A stretch of 64,000 nt of DNA from Lepidodermella squamata (Eukaryota; Animalia; Gastrotricha). The position numbers and the translations under genes were made by a program. Below, piece after piece: positions 1 to 11,459 of the stretch. Position 1 is the stretch's first letter; the number at the start of each line of letters is the position of its first letter. The stretch spans positions 1-64,000 of the forward strand of contig JBLDXI010000085.1 of NCBI GenBank assembly GCA_047495785.1, given 5' to 3'. The notes below the pieces were generated by a model that was given only the letters and a program-made list of their open reading frames with translations, had not been told where the DNA came from and made no database searches.

Positions 1-104
1 CAAAACTGGCTTCAAAGTTTACGGGTGAAAATCGCTACTTTCGAAAAAGCGCGCTACAGTTCAGATTTTTTTGGATAATCTGAGGTGAGGAATCTTGCCC
101 GATA

Positions 105-327
105 TTCAACAATTCGGATGGAATCAAGCTAGTGCTTCCACGTCAACCTGAATCGATAAGCCTTTTCGGTGACACCTTGGCGTTTTCCGTCCTTTGAGGT
201 TGATGGGAGTCTCATAGAGATCTGAATTCTTAAAATTCATAATCCTAAAGAAAAACCGAGTACGATCATCCAAGAATCGTCCCCCTTCAAGTCAAAACGC
301 TTTTGAAAATTCGCGAACCCCCACTTT
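105..327 (-). repeat. Copy of an interspersed ~250-bp repeat; other copies at ~6605-6873 and ~12305-12585 on the + strand
   Basis: Reverse complement shares blocks such as ACTCxGTTTTTCTT.AGGAT, AATTCAGA.CTC, GTGTC.CCGA, AGGTTGACGT and AGCTTG.TTCCAT with the two + strand copies; no coding signal; edges approximate. Confidence 0.6.
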
Positions 328-435
328 TCACTTGTTAACAGTCATACTATCTTTAAAGTGGTTACCGAGACATGAAATTTTGATATGAAATAATTCATAG
401 ATTTCACTGTATTGGATGTCTTTCGCTTCCTTACG

Positions 436-692
436 TGTGTCGCATAAAATGCCAGACCAGCCGGAAGCGCACGTGCAAGTGTTCCGTGCAGTGCATCGTC
501 CTCCGAGGCCGCATCCTGGGTTGCATGTTGCTTGATGCATAAATATAATTGAATTTTTATAGATTTCTGAAGGTCTCAACTCACGGACGCTGCAATCCCA
601 GCCTGTCCAGCCGTCTATGCACGTGCATCGATAGCCGCCCAAGCTATTGAGGTCTCCAACACAGCTGTCGGGCGTGCAATTCGCGGGGCAAG
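436..692 (-). CDS. Two EGF-like exons of a secreted or membrane protein; the gene probably continues left of the window
   Basis: Translations CPANCTPDSCVGDLNSLGGYRCTCIDGWTGWDC and CNPGCGLGGRCTARNTCTCASGWSGILC, separated by a short GT-AG intron. Confidence 0.75.
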
Positions 693-848
693 ATATCTCT
701 ACGGATTAAATGAAAATCGAGATTTTCAAAATATTGAAAACAATAATTCATAGTTCTTCGAGGTTCAATTTATGGTTAACCGAGGCAAAATCTCATCTGG
801 TCATGGGAGGGGGCTCCATTGGATATTTAGAAAGGAACTAAAAGCGTT

Positions 849-1694
849 CTAACGATTTATTAGCTGGCTTTGATTTCGGACGGTTGAGATTTGCGAAGCC
901 GTCAGGTCTGCTTTGTAAAACGAAAGGCACGCGTATTTGTTGTTGAACGAACCCGGGGCAACCGCGCCAATAATAATGCTGGGGTTTCTGCGGTAGGAAA
1001 AAGATGAATGAAACCAGACATTGCTATCAGTTATCAACCTGTAACCGAAAGTGAGAGTTTGCGACGTTTGTGGAGTTGATAATATCGAGGCCGGATTGCT
1101 GGCTGAAGTGTTGCAGTACACGTATTGCCGCAGGTCAGTTGCATTCGTTGCATTGTACACATAAGCGACAAACTGCCAATCGGAAAAGTTACAAGTAAAA
1201 CTACCGTAAGCTCCGGCGCCATTGTCATATCCCATGTCCCAAAATAGCGCATTAGGCTGCAAGTTTGACAGGTCACCAGACTTCAACCTCCACAGATGCA
1301 TTAAATTACTGGCGCCTGAGTAGTATTCAAAAATTGCGGATCGCTTTGGCGCATAGACAAAACCGGCGAATGTGAATGAAGACGCTCCCATGCTGACAGC
1401 AGAGTTATTGACAACCAGCCAACTCGTGTTGTCTAGCTTGTTCGTTTCGTAAGCCGTGTTCGGAAAGCCATCGGGGCCTTGGGTTAGTACCCCACTTGTC
1501 GACGAAAACGTAGCATGGGCATTACTGCCGGAAATATCACGCAGGCCGAACAATGCATTCAACGGCCAGTAAGCTACTGGGTTGGGCAAGTTAGCTTGGT
1601 TGTTCAGAAACCTTGCAACATGTTCCTGAGATAAGACAGATCGCGAAATGCTGATGATGGATATTATCAGCTTCATTTTGCAATCGAACATCAT
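849..1694 (-). CDS. Secreted ConA-like/LamG (pentraxin-like) domain protein; may splice to the EGF exons at 436-692
   Basis: 281-aa ORF with hydrophobic N-terminus; motifs PVAYWPLN..LRDISG, GPDG, SFTFAGFV, WQFVAYVY and C-terminal LSFYKADLTASQI typical of LamG_3-type domains. Confidence 0.7.
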   Translation of the reverse strand: MMFDCKMKLIISIISISRSVLSQEHVARFLNNQANLPNPVAYWPLNALFGLRDISGSNAHATFSSTSGVLTQGPDGFPNTAYETNKLDNTSWLVVNNSAVSMGASSFTFAGFVYAPKRSAIFEYYSGASNLMHLWRLKSGDLSNLQPNALFWDMGYDNGAGAYGSFTCNFSDWQFVAYVYNATNATDLRQYVYCNTSASNPASILSTPQTSQTLTFGYRLITDSNVWFHSSFSYRRNPSIIIGAVAPGSFNNKYACLSFYKADLTASQISTVRNQSQLINR

Positions 1695-2115
1695 TTTTAA
1701 TTGAATCTGCGAATATTTAATAAGTTTAAATGTTAGTTATCTTCCGTGAATCTTTGGTGCTGCCCCCAGCAACATTAATTATTCAGAAAGATGCGAGCAG
1801 ACAAATCCTAATGTTTCGTAATATTTAATATTTTCACGAATTATCATTAAATTACTACAAATAAATGATGGTCGCCTGGTGATTGCCGCAACGTGCCCGA
1901 TGGCACCGTGCCCCGCGAGATTTAGCATTTTGAGCGACGTGTTGCCAATAATTAACAACGATTTTAGCTCTCATACTACTTTTCTCGTTGCAAATAGAAC
2001 TGCTGAAAGAAGTTCAACCTCAAAAAACTGGCATAACTTCAAAATCAGAGGACTCATGTTCGGGGATTTTATTCGTGAATTTTCACAGCAAAATTTAGCC
2101 GGCAAGCATTGACGG

Positions 2116-3874
2116 CTATCTACCACTCCAAACTGGAAAATATATGATAGTAAAAGCCGCAAAAGAATAATAGATGATTTCACAAGCCTGTAGTGCGACC
2201 AACTGGATATTCCAATTTGACATCATAGCAATGATTATAAAACCCGCGAAAAATATGGTCACGCATAGTATTGAAGAAATTCCAAAAACCGCAATATCAA
2301 GTTTGTACTCGACCGATATCGGCAGTGCTTTGACCTGGTACGCATAGCATGTGCTTAGCTTGTGAGTTATTTTGTGTATTTTTATTTGGAAAGAGGACAA
2401 CAATAAAGATTTTTATGTTTATGTTTTTAGCATCAAGAAAACTGCATTGAGCCCAGCAAAAGCGGCGGAAAAAGCTGGCAGAATCGAAGAAAAACAACGA
2501 TTTGAAACTGTGACGTAGTACTCATCCAGATCGACATCGAACATAACACCGCTTCTCTCAGTTATCAGCCGAACTCGCTCGTAGAAATTAAGAAAAATTA
2601 AAATGGCAACGCAGATAAGAAAAGTAGCTAAATCCAAGAATATCGCGAAATATTTATATGAAAACGATTTCGCAGGCGTTCCATTTGTTGGCGGCATTGC
2701 AACCCCAAATTGCCTCGCCCAGGTTCGAGAATACGCGGGAACTGTCACGCTGCTTCGAAATGACGATTTCACGACTCGAGTTTCCTTTTTACCTGTTGGA
2801 GCTGCTGTAGTAGTAGCCAGACCATGATTTACATGCCCAGTTAGGGTGACGGACCTAGCGAATATCGTTGAGTTGATGATAGAGAACCCTAGTATCGGCA
2901 TAATGGTAATCCAAGGACAAATCCCGTCGTAATCTGCGAAAACTTGGAGTAGTTTAATCTAAAAACAGAACGCCGATAGCGATGAGCCCTGATCCAATCA
3001 AGTCGAAGTGAGGATTCGGCCCGATTTTGAATGATATTAGGCAGTAACCGACCCTTGCGAGGCAAATCATTTTCCCGAGCATTAGAAACAATGTTATAGC
3101 CAAAATTTATGATTTATGGTATTTATGATATTATAGATTTATGGCTAATGGGCAAATCGCTGCTTCGAACCGCAATGTTGGACAGATCTCTAGGACAGAT
3201 CTCTTTACAAAATCTTGGCCGGATTTTGTAAAGAAAACAGGTTGCTTTGGGTCCTTTTTGTACGGATGAATTTCGTACTGTTCCATCTTGAGCTCTGCCG
3301 TCGTAGCATTCGGTTTGTAAATCGTGTAAATGTGCTGAAAATCGCCGTTTAAAAACTGAGAAATGGACTGATTCTCGGCGTCGACCTCCAAACGTTGCGA
3401 TAAATACAAACGGCCTGATCTTATGCTAATGAAATCCAACTCAGAAGCCGCTCTGTACAAAATCGGCTGAGATTCCGAACTATATTCCTTCAACGAAATG
3501 TTGAAGTATTGTTTCAGGTATCTATCAGTTATCAGTTTTGTTGAGGGTGTATATGGCTGCTGTAATGAGGTCCAAACAACCAGTTCGGCCGAAATAACCG
3601 CCCATAGCAAAAGCTCGAGGTCCGATCCTTCGTCCGGAGAGCCTTCGTCGATCTCAGCGATTTCGATTTCGTAATCAGGCAACAGGTCGCTGCGTTTGTT
3701 TACCTCCTCGGCAATGAGGTTGTAGACAGCCGAGCATACTGGGTTTTGATATATCGGCACGCTTTTGCCGAGAAAAGCAATGAGTATCAGTTTGGTCTTC
3801 GAAGCATCCGTCGAGTTATCTGCTAAGCCCAAGATAGGACTGCAAGATATAGCTAAAAGTATTCCGAGGAACAT
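2116..3874 (-). pseudogene. Divergent GABA-B-like class C GPCR with a short ectodomain; interrupted by stops and an insertion
   Basis: Signal peptide; Venus-flytrap-like start (AEEVNKRSDLLPDYEIEIAEID); TM3-like CPWITIMPILGFSIINSTIFAR; TM5-7-like stretch ending IIYFP; in-frame stops near 3131 and 2419. Confidence 0.6.
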
Positions 3875-4232
3875 TGGCTATGCTATAAATTGAACCTAGA
3901 TAATAGATAAGCCAGGCAATTTTGAGAGGCCAATTAAGGAGTTTAAGGATTGTAAACCGAGTGGGCAGGGTGTGCGATCTTGGATCCTGGGAGCTGGCTA
4001 GTGGTAGAAATTTGTTTGCTGTTTTAGCCATAAATGCTACGGATTTCAACCAAAAAACGAACGAAGCGAGGAAATTTAGAAGATTATCCATCAAATTACG
4101 GTCGAAAACCTATAAAAGTTTCGGGAGGGGGAAAGGGGGTGGGAGTTTTTATTTAATTTCCTAGCCTCCCTATTGCGCAGGAAAAAGTCACAAGAGCTGA
4201 ATTTTCCTTTTGTTTTGTTGTGGAAACTATTA

Positions 4233-4631
4233 CCGTAAATTTTCAAATACTAGCCCATTCGCGAATAGAAGCCCACCCAAGCAACAATACATTGACCTGG
4301 AAGCCCATCTCGAATAGTAGCCCGGGCTGTTACGTAAATTAGTACGGCTCTAACAAAGTGACTCGGTTGACTCATTTTCTCCAAAACAAATGGTTCTATG
4401 GCTTCATCTCAGCGAAATGAAAGTGATGAAGGTTCAAATGATGAAGGAGAGCCTACTAATAACAGTGATTACAGCGATGATGGGGCGGAAATTTTCCCAG
4501 AAGATGATTTAAGTTAGAACGGTTGTCCTTCACTTGTTTCTATTAGACCATCTTGAATAGAAGCCCAGTTTGTCACCCTTCTTTGGACACTGAAAATCTA
4601 GAAGCCCGGGCTAGTATTTCAATATTTACGG
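4233..4631. mobile_element. Non-autonomous Tc1/mariner-pogo-type DNA transposon (MITE)
   Basis: 24-bp TIR CCGTAAATTTTCAAATACTAGCCC / GGGCTAGTATTTCAATATTTACGG (2 mismatches); TA on both sides; internal GAAGCCC subrepeats. Confidence 0.8.
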
Positions 4632-5514
4632 TACTTTTGGCGGTTATGAAGACATAAGCTTGTTCTTCGATCCAACCGAAATTGCATTATTACCCTGGAA
4701 AAAGTGACAAATACCTTGAACCTACTTTATGATTAGTGGATGACAGCTTTTAGTCTGCATATACTTCTACAAGGAATTGATTTCAAAGGCGATACCAAGA
4801 CTTGTTTCAAAGGAATCATTAGCATAATTGAAGGAGTAAATTATCGATAATTGCAACCGCATCCGATAGTTGATCTTTTAACTATTGAATTTTGAAGTCA
4901 CACCCAAAAAACACGATTTTTCATTAACGGACAAATCAGGAAAAAGCTGAATGTTTAAAGAACTGAGCTCATCGTTTCTCACCGTTTCTCAATGCGCTTG
5001 AAATTATATACTCACCGTATTAACCTATGACATAAGGAGTTTGCAAGACAGAACATTTATTGAAGATTGAAGATTTATTATCGAAGCCCGGTCTCATAAA
5101 ACGTGGAACCATTCCTTGCTAACTTCAGTCCACTTCCCCTAGCGCGGCTGATGCTGGGATGTTTATTACTCATGCTGCTAGAGGATCCCGAGGCTGTGTC
5201 TGGGGTCTGGCTTTTTTGGAAGCTAAGAAATGACTTTGGACGCTAGCCCTGTTTTGAGAAGAGTGCTGGAAATTCAGTTGAACTTGTTTTTTTTTATTGG
5301 ACATGTTCAGTTTGAAACTCATGAAACAATGCAGCGCTCTAGTGAAACAATGCCTTGAACAACGGGATCTGATCGCGATTTTATTTCATCCCAGGTATTC
5401 TATCCTATTCTTCACAAACCTGACTTATCAATGATACTCATCTCTTTCTCTCCCACACGCTTTATCTCAGCATTTCACTGCTCGTCATCTTCCTCCCTGC
5501 ATGGGATGTTGTTT

Positions 5515-6195
5515 TTACGTGGCTTTGTAGCTGCTGAACGTTGAGGAGGCTGGCATGGGCTTCATGAAAGGACATCTCGGATACAAAATGCAGTTACGTC
5601 CATTCGTGTCGTGTAAGAAGTGATAGCAACCAGCGGTGCCCAGGCACATTCCAGCACACGCTTCGGCGGTTGGAAGGTTACCGAAAACCGAATAACAGAT
5701 CCATCGCACTGAGTGCTAATTTTGGTAAAGGATTTCAAATAGTTGGCTGTGAAAGGAAACAACAGGAAAATTAGACAATAGGAAGGAAGAATTATTGAAT
5801 TTATACTTGGTTGGCTGACAACAGCCACAACGCTTAGTGGATGTTGTGTGTACTTAGCGATGTAGCTGCTGATTGTTGAGGAGGCTGTCAGAGGCATCTG
5901 CAAAGTGCATCTCGAATACATTATGCATTTCCGAGCGTTCGCGTCATGCGAGAAGAAATAGCAACCAACGGTGACCATGCACACGCTAGCACAAGTTTCA
6001 GGGGTTGACAGGCCGCCAAGAATCTGAATATAGGACTGAAAGCAGCGAGTGTTAACCTTGGTAAAGGATGCCAACGGGCTAGCTGTGAAGGATAATCAAC
6101 ATTAAATGCGGTCAGATTCACTCTAAATTGAACAAACTTTGTGCCTGCGCCGAAACCGAGAGAGCTACGACAGATAATGCTAGCTGGTAGATCAT
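5515..6195 (-). CDS. Small secreted protein with two PAN/apple domains (3 exons); 1-nt frameshift in the second domain
   Basis: Signal peptide MIYQLALSVVALSVSAQA; two repeats with the pattern C..TPETCASVCMVTVGCYFFSH...KCIMY and TAEACAGMCLGTAGCYHFLH...NCILY; GT-AG introns near 6085-6140 and 5747-5806. Confidence 0.75.
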
Positions 6196-6873
6196 TTTGC
6201 CGACCGAAGAATACAATTAAACTTTTATGTAGAGATCAACGCTTAAAATTAATTTGAACAATTGTTTTGAGCGCTTTTATTCAAATGCATTTGCGACGAA
6301 ACAAACTCTTGTATTTGAACATCTGCAGCATCGTCATTTCGCCACCCTCGCGTATTGTCTTTCCCCGCCGCGATACGCTTATCGGAACTGGTAAGATGCA
6401 TCAACGGTGAAAAACAGCTGAAAAATCGGAATAATAAGATGAATTATTTACTTGTTATATCTACAATGCTTTCCCCTTAGACAATGATCACGCTGAAAAA
6501 AGACAGAAATAAGGCAATATTCTCGTAGGATTGAGGTTAAAACGGCGTTTGTTCAAAGGATTTTGTACGCTACCAATTCGAATCGATTCGACATGACCAC
6601 TAACAGGTGAAAAGTCGGGTTTCGAGTACTTTCTGTGTTTTCCAGAAAATGGCAAAAAGTGTGTAGACGTGACGAGGACCAAGGACGATTCTTGGACTCT
6701 CAGATTCCCTTATCCAAGTTCCTCTACTCAGTTTTTCTTGAGGATTTTGAATTTTCAAAATTCAGACCTCCAGCAGGCTCATTTCCACCTAGACGACGGG
6801 AGACCTTAAGTGTCGCCGATATCGAATAAGGTTGACGTGGATGCTCCAGGAAGCTTGCATCCATAGGAAATGG

Positions 6874-7121
6874 CAGTGTGCGACTTTCAGGAGGGGATGG
6901 GGGGGATCATCCCCCCCCAGCTCGGCCGGGCCAAACAACAAAATGAGAATTTATCCCACTGTTTTGTTAATTTTGGAAGGTTCTGGGGCGTGTTTTATTG
7001 TAAATTCTCAACAACTTTCTCGCTTCGCTCGGTTATTAGCCGAAATGACTCGTCATTTTGGCAAATACAGCAAAAAAAATTTTCCATCCCCGGGAGCTCG
7101 GGGATCGAAGATCGCACCCTG
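6874..7121 (+). mobile_element. hAT-like MITE (248 bp)
   Basis: TIR CAGTGTGCGA / TCGCACCCTG; perfect 8-bp TSD GGAAATGG at 6866-6873 and 7122-7129; other copies at 15427, 18118, 24079 and 30788. Confidence 0.9.
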
Positions 7122-7635
7122 GGAAATGGTGCTATATAGCTAGATTGGTCCAACAATTGCTCGCAAGAAAATAAAATCGAAATTCGTGGATAAAATCGAA
7201 TTATCATTTGATGTAATAAAAATTTGATTTTCCAAGCGCGCATTTTACGAAATTAGCAATTTTCACCAGTAAACTTGTAAGTTGTAAGCTCAATTTCTGA
7301 ATAAACATGATGACGATCTATTTGTTTCTGATACCGTTTATTAACTCCTCATTCATTTTATTCAAAATATCCAATCAAATTATTACATTGAATTATTTTG
7401 AAAATATTCGGATTTTAATCTCCTGATTCCTCTCCTAATCGAAGATCGAAGAAATTCTATTGCAAAACTTGAATACGCCGGGTTACGGGTTGCATATCTT
7501 GGATATGGCTAACTAGTCAAATCAACGTCGCGCCGTAGTGCCTAGTCATCGCAAGCCCTTCAAAAATCAGCTATATCTGGTTGTCCGAATCTTTAATCCC
7601 TAAATATAGGGGGGAGCGTCCGGGGGAATCCTCTC

Positions 7636-10014
7636 TCACATTGCTGTTCTTAGGATTCCGATAATTTTGTGTCGTTCATCGTGATTCCTTTTAGATTTAT
7701 CCAGAGGATCTTCAGCCAAATCGAGAGCAGTTTTTCCATGCCTGTTCTCCAAGTTTGCGTCGGCATTGAATACGCTGACAAGAAGATCAACAACAGCCAG
7801 TTGTATCCAATAGGCAGCCGCCATCAGTGGTGTCTCTCCCTCATTATCAACCGCATCGACGTCGGCATTGAAAGAACCCGCCAGCAGTTCTACGACTCCA
7901 TCTTTGCCACTCTCAGCAGCTTTGTGCAATGGTGTTTCACCTCTCCTATTAGCCGCATCGACGTCGGCATTGAAAGAACCCGCCAGCAGTTCCACGACTC
8001 CATCTTTGCCACTCTCGGCAGCTTTGTGCAATGGCGTCTCTCCCTCATTATCAACCGCATCGACGTCAGCATGGAACTTGCGAACTAACAGCTCTACCAT
8101 GTGAGCCTTGCCACTTTCGGCCGCCCAGTGCAACGGCGTCTCGCCATCTTCATCTTCAGCGTTGACATCTCCGTTGAATTCGCCTAGCAGAACTTCGATT
8201 ACTTCAACACGGCCTTTGTCAGCCGCCAAGTGTACTGGCATCCAGCCATATTTTCCCCTCACTTTGACGTCGGCGTTGAACTCGCCGACCAGCAGTCTCA
8301 CGACGTTAGCTCTGCCTTTATCAGCGGCTTTGTGCAATGGCGTCTCGCCTTCACTATCTCTCGCATTGACGTTGGCTCCATACGTTCCAGCCAGCAGGTC
8401 AACCATTTCATCATGGCCTTTCGAAGCCGCAACGTGAAGGGCTGTTCTTTCGTCATCCCAATATAAGCCATTAACATCAAGCCCCAATTGGTCTTTGTTG
8501 TACAGCAGTTGAGCCATCCTCGTTACATCATTTTTACGCGCGCATCGCACAAATTCCTGTTTCAATTTTCACATCGGAATACGGATTTACAAATTATCTA
8601 TCTACGAAAAAAGAGCAACCTTGATAGCATCCCTTTGGCTTCTCGGGAGGTCGAACGCCTAGATAAGTTTAATGAATTGAAAAAACAGGATCTAACAGCC
8701 TTTGATAAGCTCTACCGGCAATTGCTGCATTGGCAATATGGGCCGCGGTAATTGCTCCCTCGCTCTTTGCGGTAACACAAGCGTTGGCTGTTCCAGGCTT
8801 AAATATCTATGATTCAGCGCTTGATCAATGGTCGGCCGGCTGCCGCTCTCTTTGTTTAACAGTGACATGATGAAGTCGCGGCATTCGGCTGAGTAGCCTC
8901 GAGAATCGTCAAATGGCCGCGGAGGATTTCTGTAGGGTAAAAGCAAGCCATCATATGAGAAAATTGAGTTCAGATAATGTCGTAAATTGTTCGACAGACT
9001 CAATATTAAGGAATCAGAATCAAAATGGAAGCTTTAGAGCCCTTGACTTACCTGAGAATGTTCAGACTAACAATCGCCTGAGTTTCTCCGTTGAACTGAA
9101 GCGAAATCAGAATATACAAAATGGTGGGAAAATTTGTCGGTTTTCAACTACTCTTACCGGTCTCACAAAGTTGGCGAGCTCATAAAGAGTAACGCCGAAG
9201 GACCACATGTCACAAGGCGGCTGATAATTATTAGTAGCGAGGTAATCCGGAGCTGCATAATCCATAGTAGCAACAGTGAACGATTTGTAAAATGTTGCAG
9301 TCCTGTTCATAAAACAGTGCAAATTTACAAATTTGAACACAGTCAAGTTATTTCAATTATTCACTCATTCAAGTCTTTTGCGATTCCGAAATCGCCGAGT
9401 TTGACCGACTGCCCATCGCGGCTCAGAAATATGTTTTTCGGCTTAATGTCTCGGTGAACAATGCCGTTGTCGTGCAGGAGCTTCAGCGCAGACGCTATCT
9501 GTCTTGCCCACGATTGAAGCTGGACTTCGCTGATCGTTTCGTAACCAACTCCTATTCGACAGCTCAGATCTCCACCTTCGCAGTGCTCCATGACCAAATA
9601 GTACATTTGGCACCCCTGTTTGAATCTCTCCTCTCCACAGTATCGCTCTAAATTATTCCGAAATTAAAGAGATCAAGCCAATGGCAAAGAAATCAATTTA
9701 CCCTGAAAAGCCCCAAATAGCGACACAATGTTATGGTGCCGTAACCTGGCCAACTTTGAGTGCTTCACAGTATGAAACAAAAATCCTTGTTCATTCCTCA
9801 AGAATTACACTTGATATATTACCTCATCGGCGCTGTTTTTGACTAATTTTCTAGCTTGGCCATTATTTCCGAAACCGTCTTCCTATCGAGTCAGATTCAC
9901 CTCTTTAACAACAACGTTTACGTTGGTGTTCACCATTCGGCACAAGTAGACCGTGGCAAAGCTACCATGGCCCAACTTTTTCAGCATTTCGAAATTTCGT
10001 GCTGATCTGAACAT
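7636..10014 (-). CDS. NEK-like Ser/Thr kinase fused to a C-terminal ankyrin-repeat array (multi-exon); in-frame TAG at codon 44, so possibly a pseudogene
   Basis: Exons give [74 protein letters not shown]; linker exon [13 protein letters not shown] splices in frame to the 7636-8565 exon with ~8 ankyrin repeats (GETPLHxAA). Confidence 0.8.
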
Positions 10015-10889
10015 CTCTTGTTCCCTCGCGTAGCAGCTTGGAAAAAGTGTTCCAAAACAGAAAAACTGCCCGTATTATATGGCGACGTATTAAGATAAGC
10101 CTGGGCATTTATTTAAAATGAATCAGCAATTTCACCGTGACGCAGAGATAACAATGACTGCCTGAAGGAAATAACTATTTCTGTGAGCCACTGTGAGCTC
10201 TGCGCCTCTCAAGTTGATTATAATTCCTCAACATTTTATCAATTTAATCCATTTCTTTAGAAATTCACATATCTAAGGTATTATTTCTCTTATCTGAGTG
10301 CAAACTGTGAACGAATCCACATAAATGTTACACTTGTGTTGGAACGGGGCATGTTAGAGATAAATGTGAACTATAATCTAATACATACCTATCAATTACA
10401 GTTGTGTTATTAGAGGTTCCGGAAAATCATGTTTTGGCAACACGGATTCGAACAGTTCGCTGATATGAGACCATCCGCAAGAGAAGCAGGAAATAATGTT
10501 TGTCTTAAGGAGTTCGAGCACAATAGTTTGTGAATTACTGCGAATTAATAATTGCACCAATTATTGCACCAATATTCGAGAATTATTTGCTTTTCTTGCG
10601 GATGCGACCATCGAATTCTGTGGTGAAATAATCTACAATAGATTGATTTCAAAGCGATCATTAACTCGAGTGAATCATTAGCTATATTCCCTTAAATTGA
10701 TATCGCATCTGAAAGGTACTCAGTTAATTATTGAAGTCACACACAAAAAAGACTCGGTCTTTTATTGAAGAATAAGGAAGATCTGTTGGATTACTCAGAA
10801 TATAAACGTGTCGCCAGCGTTCAAGCATCCTATCGAGAAGTACATTTTCTCGTATTGTGATAATTTTGCAATTAGCTATACATTATGCA

Positions 10890-11393
10890 GAGGGGTTTTT
10901 TTTATTCGCAACAAAAAATACCGCTACAGCTACAGTTTTTGCATTCAAAAATTCGCTACAGAAATACTGTATTTCTCCGGTATTTTCTACGGATTCGAAT
11001 AATAAATACAGAAAATACAGCCCTATTTTTCCTACAAAAAATACGGCCAGAAAAAGTGTGCAAAGTGTAGAAATGAGGGTTCTTGTGCGCATAAAAAGAG
11101 CCGGGGTAAAAATTAAAAGAAAAAAAATGGCTTGACCCCACAAGGGGTCGAACCCTCCACATCGATTTCGCCTAGTAAACAAAGTCACATTCGCGAGTGG
11201 TTTACTATTTCTGCATTTTGCACAGATTCAAAAATCATCTGCTGGAAAAATACACTTTATACTCGTATTAAAAACAGCGAATTTACGAACTCATAGAAAA
11301 TCATTGCATTTTTTGTAGAAAGTGCTATTTTCGAACGACAATACACAAAATACAGTATATACTGTTCGAAGTGTTGCGAAAAAAAAACCCCTC
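10890..11393. mobile_element. MITE with ~24-bp TIRs, containing a tRNA-like B-box fragment
   Basis: GAGGGGTTTTTTTTATTCGCAACA ... TGTTGCGAAAAAAAAAACCCCTC; TSD not clear. Confidence 0.65.
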
Positions 11394-11459
11394 AGTCAAT
11401 AGAAACAGACGAAATATAATATTGAAGTAATTGTTATAAAATTGTTATAACATCAACGG

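Noticed and set aside
5057-5450. Possible LINE 3' tail on the minus strand (AATAAA then TCTTCAA repeats)
   Set aside because: No TSD, ORF or second copy to support it
7669-8466. Plus-strand ORFs over the ankyrin exon
   Set aside because: Antisense shadows of the repetitive minus-strand reading frame
11119-11190. Functional tRNA gene
   Set aside because: Only a T-arm/B-box-like half; no acceptor stem or anticodon arm found
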